From: Trichoplax adhaerens
Lineage: Eukaryota > Animalia > Placozoa
Direction: 5' to 3'
Assembly: GCF_000150275.1 (NCBI RefSeq)
Contig: NW_002060943.1
Coordinates: forward strand, 5,538,008-5,602,007
Length of the DNA: 64,000 nucleotides
Within the stretch, counting starts at the first letter, position 1, and every line of letters starts with the position of its first letter. Below, piece by piece: positions 39,581 through 50,135 of the stretch. A model generated the notes under the pieces. The model saw only the letters and a program-made list of their open reading frames with translations. It ran no database searches and was not told the origin of the DNA. The translations under genes and the position numbers were made by a program.

Positions 39581-40054
39581 TTTTGGGTTAAGATTCTTTG
39601 AGAAGTGTTGAAGGGAAAAAGCTTTTAAAAAGTATTTTCCATTTTCAAGTCCCGCGTCCATCCCAGCATTTTTGGGTTAAGATTCTTTGAGAAGTGTTGA
39701 AGGGAAAAAACTTTCAAACGGTATTTTCCATTTTCAAGTCCCGCGTCCATCCCAGCATTTTTGGGTTAAGATTCTTTGAGAACTGTTCAAGGGAACTACT
39801 GTTCTATTAAATTTTTGGGTAAGATTCTTTGAGAACTGTTCAAGGGAAAAAGCTTTCAAACAGTATTTTCCATTTTCAAGTTCCGCGTCCATCCCAGCAT
39901 TTTTGGGTCAAGATTCTTTGAGAACTGTTCAAGGGAACTACTGTTCTATTAAATTTTTGGGTTAAGATTTTTGGGTAAGATTCTTTGAGAACTGTTCAAG
40001 GGAAAAAGCTTTCAAAAAGTATTTTCCATTTTCAAGTCCTGTGTCCATCCCAGC
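39581..40054. repeat. Tandem minisatellite with long (~89 bp) and short (~54 bp) unit types
   Basis: Core ttttgggt(t)aagattctttgagaa(g/c)tgtt(g/c)aagggaa occurs about 6 times (39581, 39670, 39759, 39813, ~39901, ~39970). Each copy is followed by either ...gtattttccattttcaagtcccgcgtccatcccagca or ctactgttctattaaa. Confidence 0.92.
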
Positions 40055-40903
40055 GCTAGATTGATGAAAATTGAATCAATCAGCATAGAGACGCACACCT
40101 ACGGCGTTGTAAGAGAGAATTTCTCTTCGGAAATCCCTAGCAAGCAGCATTTCCAGTTGACTACTGTAGTCCAGTAAGTGTTGGGAGATTAATGAATTTT
40201 CCTACACTGTACTTGGCTGCAACTTTGCCAATACTGGACAGTGTCCAGTTTGAGTGAAGTGTAGGAAAAAAACATTTTCAACGAGTGCAGAATGCGAATG
40301 CAATTGTCAAGAAAATGATGTCACTCATGACGATTCACTGCAGCAGACTGTGACGTTCCTTTTGCGTCAGAGCTATCCGTACGATCGTGTACAGTGTACA
40401 GTCTGAATTGCTACAGTCCATTTTCCATCAAAGGGCCGATTGCCACCCAACAGACATGTGTACAGTTCAGTACTGAATGGACTGACTGTACTCTACGTAC
40501 ACTGTATAGTATGGGCCAGACTGCAGCAGTTACGCACTTCACGTGTCGTTTTTTCTTTTTCTGTTGCTCCTTTTACAGTACAAAGTTACAAGAAATCTCC
40601 ATGGTACTCACCAGTACAGTACTGTAGGTACACTTGAGTACAAAACTGCACAGTACAGTACAACGAGCTATACTCTACACTTGCCTGTCGTTCAAACACT
40701 TGTACAAGACCTGCAGCAGTTGGACATTCTTTTGTCCAGTGTTCAATCATTAGATCATCAGCATTTTTTGACTTCTCAATCATTGCTAATAGGGCTGAAA
40801 TTAGCTGTAATTAATTGAATCTGCAAGACAGTCCTGTCAACCAATTACGACTGGAAAGCGTGAAAATTAGACATTACTACTGAATCAAATATCTAAATGC
40901 CAC

Positions 40904-43900
40904 ATGGCTGATAGCGAAACGTCGATGATTGCCAATTTTGTCAGCATAGCTGGCACGGATGCTGATCAAGCCAGATTTTATTTGGAAGCTTCCAATTGGA
41001 ATTTGAAAGTAAGTTCTTTTGACTTTGCTGCGTCATGGACTACTAGGTTTTCTTCTAGTGGTCCATGGCTGCGTGCATTGGTTTCTATTTGCTTACGTAT
41101 ATCTTGTACAAGGGTTGCACTTCTTTGGCCATGTAGTCTTTCTGTACTTTAGAAATGGATCAAGTCATTTTGGACTTCTAGAGTTCAAAGACTGCACCCA
41201 GCAGACCACGAAGATAATTCGACTTGTTGTACTGTACTGTACTGTACTTTGCTTACAGAACGACTTCCAAGTCACGTACAAGTTGTCAGCGGATGGAGAT
41301 CGCATTGCATTATTTCAGTTAAAGAACGCATCTTTGATCGATTTTCACTTTTCACTGTCAATGTTGATCCAGAAGACGATCTTGTAAAGCTCAAACTAGT
41401 ACGTTAAAATAACCAGCATAATACTGTAATGGAGTCAGTGAAAGCTCTTACTATTCCCTTGTCATCCTTGATACATTTTCACTTTTCAGTGGCAATGTTG
41501 ATCGAGGAGACAATCTTGTAAAGCTCAAACTAATGCCTTAAAATTACCAGCATAATACTGTAATGGAATAAGTCAATGCTGTTACTATTCCGTAGACATT
41601 CTTGATACATTTACACTTTTCAGTGGCAATGTTGATCCCGGCCGGAGACGATCATGCAAAGCTGAAACTAGCGCCTTAAAATAACCAGCACAATACTGTC
41701 ATTGAATAAGTGAATGCTGTTACTCTTCCATACCTAGTTTTATCTTTCGCGATTCAACCTGATTCTCTTCTTTTCAACCATGACGAAAAGTAACATTTCA
41801 TCCCAAACGCTATTGTATATTTTTAATTAAAAGCTGATATTTACCCCATCATGTTGGGCCAATTTGTAAAATTTGTAGTTTATAAAATTGTCTTTGTAGA
41901 TGACGCTTAACTAATCTAAATTATATACGTATGTCATTTATGATACGTACGCAGCTTGCACTTGCAAGATATTATGACCGTGGCGATGATTCTTTCGAAG
42001 ATTCTGAAGTATCAACTCAGGTAAAGTGATGCTTACTTACACTACGATGTAGTTTTGAGTTCGCCTAGTTTGAAGTGCTTGTCAATGGCATTGACTCGAT
42101 ACAACCAACATCTTGGTCTTAATGATTAATTAAAAGTTTTCGTACTTAGTGGTGCAAATGTTTGTAATTGTTTAATACTACGTGACTCGAAAGAGTTTTT
42201 ATTGATAAATTGATCTTTGCAACAGTCGTTCGTAAGGGAGGACCAGCGTGCAGGTGGTGGTGTCAGGCAGCAGAAACAAAAATCCAGGTTGATAATTAAT
42301 TCAATTCTACATTTAAAGTAGATTGAACTTGTACAGTGTCACAAACTAGAATATTCTTCATCCAATGAAGATGCATATCAGATATTAGCCGGCTTTAGCT
42401 TTCATTCTCTAACTCTACTATCTTAACAATGTAATTATACTCTATATGTAATATTAGACCCAAGTTTGCGTCTTCATCTGATTATTTTAAACCGGATGAT
42501 GATGAGGAAGAAGATGAAGCTGGACAAGAATTTTATGCCGGCGGTTCTGAAAAGAGGTAACGCCACGCATATTCACCATTGGTTTGCTAATTAAGAAAAT
42601 TCTTCGATTGTCATGTAATGTATATCGTGTTTGTAAACTAGTGGTCAAGTTGTAAAGGGTCCCCCTAGGAAGAAAACGCCTTCATCGATTGCGGAATCCG
42701 TTTTTAAAGAAGCTAAGGCGTATGTAGATTAAAGGTGTTAGCGTTTGCCTTAATCTCATTACTTAATTACTTAATTGAAATCATTATAATTGACAGTCAT
42801 GGAGCTGAAGCAGTGTCACCTGACGAAGACGATGGTGAGAAAGCAAAGATGGCGCCCTTTGGTGGATCAGGTATATACAGTACTATACGGTAGACTGATG
42901 AATTGCGAGACTACAAGTAGATAATGTTGTCGCGATGTACCGTTTTAATATGTCGGCTTCTGCATATCTGCGATAAATCCAGGACACCGATTAGGTGACG
43001 AAGACGGACCTTCTACTGGCGCCGCCACGTCCCTCACTAGTTCTCAAGCACCAAAAGATACCAAAAAGGTTTGCAACAATTACTACTATAATTATAATAA
43101 GTATGTATCAGCGACGAATAAAAACACGCTGATATTCAATTTTATTATAATTATCAACCGTCAATGGTAATTGAATTTAGGTAAATATAAATATACAATT
43201 TTGGGCTAATGGATTTTCTGTCGATGATGGACCTCTTCGAGATCCGAATGATCCAGCGAACAAGCAATTCCTAGAAGAAGTTAGTAAAGGGTAAGCATTG
43301 CATTTTTTCCAAATGTGCCAAATATAGTAAAATGGTGAAATTGATCTTATTCAGCGAAATTGTATTTGTTGTACTGTTAGCTATGTCCCTTCTGAGTTAA
43401 TGGCGATGGCAAAAGGCAGAGAAGTCGCAGTTAATTTGGTAGACAAACGTTCAGAGGATTACGTCAAGCCTAAGCAAAAATTAAAAGCTTTTACTGGACA
43501 AGGACATATGCTCGGAAGGTATGCTAGAATATTAATTATGTTTAGACCTTTGCTCATAATAGCAATTTATAAACTTGCTTTGGTAGTCTTGTATAAAATG
43601 AACGCGGAAAATGAAATGTGGTTATAAATCTTCACTATAATTATTAACTACGATCGTAGTGATGATAACGGAGAAGATAATGATGAACAGCCTTTACTTG
43701 ATGCCAGATATTCAAATAATTCATGGTGGCGTAGCATGTACATTGTTTTACAGTTATTCGTCATGCGGATGTTAGTCAATTTAGGCTTTTTCAGGTATAA
43801 CACAGGTTATATTAATGACTGAGTAGAATGTAGTAGTATTCGCGTATAAGTATAGCTGATTTGAACGGTGCTACTCTGGTACTTTTATTGCCACTGTTCG

Positions 43901-44536
43901 ATGTTCGGCTGTCAATTAAGGGCTATAGTTATAGTATTTAGCATTAGTAGCTGATAATACAAATCTTGCGATGCTGAAGTGTTGTAACGAACTTTCTTCA
44001 CTTTTATTTTTATCTTAGTCCAGCACCGGCGGTTTCTTCTCAAACTTCTTCAACTAGCGCCACTTCAAATGAACCTCAAAATACAGTTAAGCCAAACGTT
44101 GATGAAAGCCAACCGACGACTTCGATAACTATCCGTTTATCTGATGGAACAAGGTTATTGATGACGTTATTAGATATTTTTTTATCACTTTTTTTTGGAG
44201 TTGATATAAACTAGTAATTAATTGTTAAATTCAATTTAACTTGAAATATTTTTCTTCCGTATTCGGTTGCTAGGCTTGTAACCAGGATGAATGTATCAAG
44301 CACAGTCGGAGATTTGAGGCAGTTCATTAGTCGGTATGCATTTTGTTACACGACTTATTTCCATGTTGCTTTCTAAGTTTTTCAACGGGACATTTTTATA
44401 TAGGGCCCGACCATTACCTCCCGGTAGTAAATTCAATCTATTGACTACATTTCCTAACAAGATTTTGGACAATGATTCCTTAACGTTGGAAAGTGGAAAT
44501 CTGCTCAATTCGGTTATTGTTCAGCGATTGGCTTAG
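40904..44536 (+). CDS. NSFL1C: p97/VCP cofactor p47 (UBA-SEP-SHP-UBX), ~381 aa; ~426 aa if the cassette exon is included
   Basis: Exons 40904-41008 (UBA-like, [12 protein letters not shown]), 41955-42020, 42226-42287, 42458-42556 ([12 protein letters not shown]), 42642-42719, 42797-42870, 42983-43068, 43181-43290 (SEP: [14 protein letters not shown]), 43381-43518 (SHP: [10 protein letters not shown]), 44019-44153 (IRLSDGT), 44274-44333 and 44404-44536 (UBX: LLTTFPNK). Total 1146 nt in frame; AATAAA at 44884. Confidence 0.93.
41342..41730. repeat. Tandem repeat, 3 copies of ~134 bp, in p47 intron 1
   Basis: cacttttca(c/g)tg(t/g)caatgttgatc...aaagct(c/g)aaacta...ttaaaat(a/t)accagca(t/c)aatactgt...ttact occurs three times (~41342, ~41476, ~41610). 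Confidence 0.88.
43660..43794 (+). CDS. NSFL1C: Candidate symmetric (phase 2-2) 135-nt cassette exon of p47
   Basis: Acceptor ttattaactacgatcgtag, donor TTCAG/gtataa. Open in the p47 frame, encoding [44 protein letters not shown]. Flanking introns would be 141 and 224 nt. Confidence 0.62.
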
Positions 44537-45298
44537 AAAGTAATTTACTGATGAACTCATTAAAATTATTACCTCAAAGTGTATCATCGAGTAAATTTTT
44601 CATGTTATAAACCATGGGTACCCTTTGTTGCTGTTGAATGGATGCTTTGCTAAAAATTGTTGCTACGGCAAAAAGGGATTTGTTATCATATTCCTAAATA
44701 TAATGTACTTGGCTTCGTTATTGTATTTGGCCCTCATGTCTGAAATATTATTAAAAGCTTTCATGAGTTTGGTGATTGTAAATGTGTACAGTGTTATATC
44801 GAAGCCAACAAGCTTTCTTTATCTCTTAGTGATATTGTAACTCTTTTATTCTTGCAGTAACATGCATGTTCTGTATTATTGGCAATAAATTCCTTTTCTT
44901 GTGAAGTATGTAATTCGTAACTATATATCTGTCGATTTTAATGTCTACCACTGATGGCTCAAAGTCTCCCAACCCTCTTGTAAGCTATTTTCAGATAACA
45001 TGATTAAGGGTATATTTAGCTCATAAGCGTTATTTTGGAAGGTCATTTAAAGTGCTTCGATTTATTTATCTTGGTTAATACAGTATACAGGATAGTAAAA
45101 GAATGTCAACGGGTTATACGTGATTTATGTGCTTAGTTCAATTTTAATCATTATTTTCGATACAATGCAAGAGCAGCACATGCTGCCGCATGCTAAAGAA
45201 ATCATTCTATAAGTAAATATAATTATACAATGCCAGTATTAAAATAAATATTCATAGCAGCAATTTAGTGCAACACGATAGTCTAATTTATATTGATT

Positions 45299-46471
45299 TT
45301 AATGATTTCGTAAAAAGGTGAGGAAAATGCTCATGTTGCTTTCAGCTTCCTGTCTAACGAATCGTCTATCACTAGCTAAAATAAGTTGTTTTAGTATAAC
45401 TTCATCACTTCTACCGACTGATTGCAAAAATTGATAACGTAATTTTATCTTATTAAAGTTGCATGTAAATATAGCAGGTGTTTCTTTAATTTCGTCCAAA
45501 CTGCATTTGAGGGTATCGTGAGCAAATTGAAATCTATCTTGCAGAGACGAAAGACTGAAACTTAATAAAGTCGGAAAAGTTAGTATAAGAGACTTAAATT
45601 CTTCATCGGTATAACCAGTTTTCAAAATAAAGGTTTTGGTATCTTTCATGACTTGAACATCACGTCGGAGTATGCCAGGATATTCGTTAATGATTGCCCT
45701 AATTTCTTTATAGCTGTAATCATCAGATCTTAGCCACTCGACAGAACTTTGTATAGTGTCGAAATTTTTAATTAGAAAGCTAGGTAATCTTCTAATGATG
45801 GAGCCAATATCATGCTCTTTAAATCCTAAACTAGCTAGCCAATCTATTCTCATTTCTACGTCTGATAATGTAAAACTAAACAGCGAAGGCTGTAATTGAA
45901 TTAAATGAATTATGACCCGCCTTTGTTTTATTAGTGATAGTAAAATATTTAATTTCGGTTTAATTTCAGTCTCTATGCCTTGTAATAGTATCTGAGGTGC
46001 TTTGATAATCATATTATTTAGATTTTCTTCATAAAGTCCAAAATCTTGCCAAAATTGGATGCTCCTTTTTAATCTGTTTTCTCCAAGTGTTAATAACCAA
46101 GGGGTTGATTCAATAGTTGAAATCAAGTCGGCAGTGCTAATACCAAGATTTTTTAAACATGTAAAATTATTTCGTACTTGGTTTACATCATAGCTTAGCA
46201 GTGAACTACATGATTTCTCTAAAATTGCGATATTAATACCAGTACTAATCAAATAATTAACAGTTTTAAAGGAATAGTTCGGTTTTATGTCTTTATCCGG
46301 TTGCGTAGAAAGAGCATTTCTATGTATTAATTTACTGGTAGCGACTGTGAACCAATTGTGATGATAAATCCACGATGAATTTTTAAGTTTTGTAGATTGA
46401 TTTCTATACGATATTAAAGATGCTAATCGAATCAGTAAATAGTTTTTGCGGAGAATCACTACGGTTGCCAT
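45299..46471 (-). CDS. Mitochondrial transcription termination factor (mTERF) family protein, ~390 aa, intronless CDS
   Basis: Repeated ~35-aa mTERF motifs (PWLL, PQIL, PSLF, PSFL, PGIL, PTLL, PAIF, each followed by an L..lG helix) and a basic N-terminus poor in acidic residues, typical of a mitochondrial presequence. The ORF track starts at a TTG (46510); the first in-frame ATG is at 46471. Confidence 0.88.
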   Translation of the reverse strand: MATVVILRKNYLLIRLASLISYRNQSTKLKNSSWIYHHNWFTVATSKLIHRNALSTQPDKDIKPNYSFKTVNYLISTGINIAILEKSCSSLLSYDVNQVRNNFTCLKNLGISTADLISTIESTPWLLTLGENRLKRSIQFWQDFGLYEENLNNMIIKAPQILLQGIETEIKPKLNILLSLIKQRRVIIHLIQLQPSLFSFTLSDVEMRIDWLASLGFKEHDIGSIIRRLPSFLIKNFDTIQSSVEWLRSDDYSYKEIRAIINEYPGILRRDVQVMKDTKTFILKTGYTDEEFKSLILTFPTLLSFSLSSLQDRFQFAHDTLKCSLDEIKETPAIFTCNFNKIKLRYQFLQSVGRSDEVILKQLILASDRRFVRQEAESNMSIFLTFLRNH

Positions 46472-46989
46472 GAAATACTGACTGAGCCTAGAGATCGTTG
46501 TATAGTTCAAATCAATGGGAACGCTGTTTCAGTGAAGTGTCCGATGGATATCAATGTTTCTGGTTCTTCCTGATCTGATATTTCATTTTTAATCTGGCAA
46601 TATAGAGTTGAATATTAAATCCATAGCATTGGCAGCATTACTATTGTTTAGCACGACATATACTATATAGCATTGTACACCTAATAATTTACTAAAAGAT
46701 AGTTTTAATAGCTCATGACTGAAGCTTACACTTGAGGAAGGTTCTGCTGTCAACATGAACTAGACATAAGTCATATGCTATACATTATATAGCACTTTAC
46801 GTAGCAAAAATCAAAGGGCAAATAGTTAACTCACGCCCTTTGATTTTTGGTCCAATAATCTAGCCTTCCAGATTAAGAGATTTTGCACAATTTAAAATTG
46901 AATTGAATTTATGATTTGGACAGGCTTGGATGCTCCTTTCTTTCTGCAAGCTTGATATGGTGTCTTGTTCAAGATCAACTCTTAACTTA

Positions 46990-47270
46990 CAGTCAATAAC
47001 TTACTGTATCAAAGGCGACTAAGTAGTCCAGTACACTGAACAGTAGGGTACTGGCCGCACTGCACTGGTGTCCCATCCGTACGTCTGTACGTCCCGGTTA
47101 CGCTTGCTTTGTCAGTACTGTAAGTACGGTATGGTTACGTAAGGCAATTTTTAAATCAGCCGCCAACTACTGTAGTGTGATTTTACTCTGTCCACCAGAG
47201 GATAAAACGTCGGAACTACTGTATTCAATTGATTATTGCTATAACTGGCCTCGTTAGATGGATATCAAGG
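46990..47270. promoter_or_regulatory. Probable bidirectional promoter between mTERF (-) and PHAX (+)
   Basis: Divergent genes with ATGs ~1 kb apart. A GC-richer core contains cagtactg/actactgta motifs, and candidate 5'-UTR splice donors face outward on both strands. Confidence 0.5.
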
Positions 47271-47514
47271 TTACCTGCTAGATTTATTGTGCCCTGTAAC
47301 GTATACTACACTATTACTACAATAATGGAAACGATTGATTATATAATATTATGAAATAAGTGGCATCAACTTATTTCTAGTTATTCAATTGTAGCTATCT
47401 CATTTTATATCCATTACTCTCTACTCTAAACTCACATCCAGACATCCTGTCTTTTACAGTGCACAATCTAGTCTATCAAGTACAGCGGAGCACTGTACAA
47501 AATAGGAAAAAGAA

Positions 47515-49240
47515 ATGGACTTGAGTGATATATTAGAACCTGGAGAGATCAGCGACGATATCTTGACTGATGCAGCCAATGATAGTTATAATATAAAGGA
47601 CGAAGAGAATGTATCTCCGTTGGTATTGAATCAAGCTGATTTCGAAGTCGATTATCAAGACGAAAATACTGATGAAGCTACGTTACCTAAACTTCAAGAA
47701 AAACATCAGAAACGGCATCAGCAAAATTGTGCCAGTGAAAGTGAAGAGAGTAGCAGTGATGAAGATAAAGCTTGGCAGAGGAAAAAGCACAAGACTGAAG
47801 GCGATGTAACTAATACGAAAGGTTAAACTCTAAATCTTTACTAAAGTGCTGTATACTCGTATAACTGCTATGAATCATACTTAATTATTAGCCATCTTTA
47901 TAAACCTTACGTATTACAGTGCAAACCGATTAAGTTACGAGTATGATATAATGGAGCATACGTGTATATTATACGTATCGATTAATTAGTTGCAATAATA
48001 TATAATTTATCGTTTACATTGTACATGTTGTATAATCGTACGGAAGGTTTACTAGCTCATAAATGTGCTACCTGTCCGAATAGGTGTAGTTACATATGTT
48101 TACTAGTACAATATAAAATGATTATATTATATTATTGGCTTAAGGTTAAGATGCTCTAACAGACCTACTACAGTCAGCGACTTTAGCTTAATTTGTTAAT
48201 GTAGATTTTAAAGGTAGATAACTTGGTGCTACGAATGATGTATCAACTGTAAATATTTAGCTATTGATATATATATATATAATTATTTCAGACGTGTAAC
48301 ATAGACGTACAATACAAGTATTACTGTTCAACTTTTAGCTAATGAATTCTACCTTGAGGGTAATTATAGGCAGCAGGAGCTTAATAAGTATTTAGAAATA
48401 ATTGAAAGCTATATATGCGTATCTTCAGCATAGGAATATCAGCATACACTACTCGTATATTTTATGTTGCACGTATTTCGTAGTGCATTCTCAGCATACT
48501 ATCATCAACTCTAAAATTGTATGGCTGTATGCCTAAGCTTTTTTTGCATTATTGCATATCCTAGGTGCACTAGCGCTCCAATCAAAAGTATTACCTGCTG
48601 ATTGGCTCCAATTAGATCTTTTGCAAAAGTTTAAAATTAGCAATGATAGAATTGCCAAATCAATTGCACATCATTTACATGAGGTAAAGGGCTGAAAAGT
48701 TATCAGTAGGACAAGTTGAACAATCATTTCTGATTTTAAATAATTGCATAGCTGGACAGCTAAAAATTGAATTTTAGGAGGCCTTATGCTGTAATTTTAC
48801 AATGTTATATATAGATATGCTGATTAAAATGATTACTGTCATTTGTTCAGCCAAAGGTGCAGCTAGTTCAAGATGTGGTCAACATGATCGGTGTTGAGAA
48901 GGCTTTATTGTTGACACGATTCACTCTCGCTATTCAGAAAGGTGGAGGAATGCTTACTAAGGACGGCAAAAGGAAGTAATGATTTCTTGACATTTTCGTA
49001 ATGATTAATTACATTACAATGGATAATAATATTAAATAATGTATTTGTTGATAAATTTTCATTTGTACTTTTAAAATATCGCAACTACTACATAGGCGGT
49101 ATCCAGGTGGTGTATTCTTGTACCTCCTAGGCAGTGCAGGAATTATAGAAGATGCAACTTATAAAGAGATTATCAAGCGTGATCGGCAGAGACAGAAATA
49201 TGCAAAGGCTCAATATAAGGAGAGAAATGATAAGTCGTAA
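47515..49240 (+). CDS. PHAX: PHAX-like phosphorylated adaptor for snRNA export, ~231 aa, 4 coding exons
   Basis: Exons 47515-47821, 48565-48683, 48851-48975 and 49096-49240 (696 nt, in frame). RNA-binding domain IAHHLHEPKVQLVQDVVNMIGVEKA...GGMLTKDGKRKRYPGGVFLYLL; N-terminal LEPGEISDD and a Ser/acidic cluster followed by WQRKK. Confidence 0.88.
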
Positions 49241-50135
49241 GCCTTTATTTCATCCAGCTTGGTTATGGTGTGTAGAGTAAATTTGTTATAGGCCTGTTTT
49301 TTATCGTTTATTATCTGTGTAAATGTCGTAATGCCATTTTGATACGATGTCATCGTAAGCACAATTTCAAAGGTTTTCTTTGAAGTGGTCGTCTAAGACT
49401 CAAGAGTCCTGTTTATGCGTCAACACGTAGACATATTTAATGATTATATCTTACAGCTTCACAACTGTCATATAGCAAGTAATAGTTTATTTATGGTTGA
49501 GCGTAAGGCTAATAATGAGTATAATGTGTCATAATCTTGAAAAGTTTCATTGTAAATTGCCGTTAGTTTTAGTCAGTGGATAAAAATACCCATCAATTAC
49601 TAGTACTCTAATACGAGGAACAGACATATGCACCTTTACAGTTGTAATAAAAAAAATAAAATGATGTATAATGGCTATTAGTTCGTAATTTTTAATGTAA
49701 GATTATACATTGATGGCCAAACTGGCATCGCATGACTGAGGCTATTCATTAACGTACGGCTTACCAATACATTGTATCCGGCCACCGTATGTTAAAGAGA
49801 TTCAATCTTTTCACATAGTACATATCTTATCTACTGCGTAACTACATTAATTGCTATTTATATTCGCCTTTATCTTAATACTTGGGATAGGAAAAAATTT
49901 GTTACAGTAAAGCCAATAGACATAAGTACATAGTGCATATAGTACTTCATTCCACTTTTCGAGGTATGGATTTCGTAAAGGAATCGACAATTGCAATTAA
50001 AAAAAATTGAAATTGTACTATCTCAACCATTAATTATACTGTAGTTTCATATCTGACCAAGTTGCACCGTGGCAAGGAAATAATTTCCTTTGAGGTATCA
50101 AAAATAATGCTGCTGGGCTGATAACTGTCTAAAAA

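Noticed and set aside
39581-40054. CRISPR-like appearance (~37-bp core repeated with intervening sequence)
   Set aside because: The intervening sequences are only two recurring types rather than unique spacers, there are no cas genes, and the context is eukaryotic.
40394-40818. Overlapping short ORFs upstream of p47
   Set aside because: Low-complexity TACAGTAC-rich promoter-proximal DNA with no protein motifs.
48200-48255. Possible missing PHAX exon in intron 1
   Set aside because: The candidate acceptors give in-frame stops or phase incompatibility and encode no PHAX-like motif.
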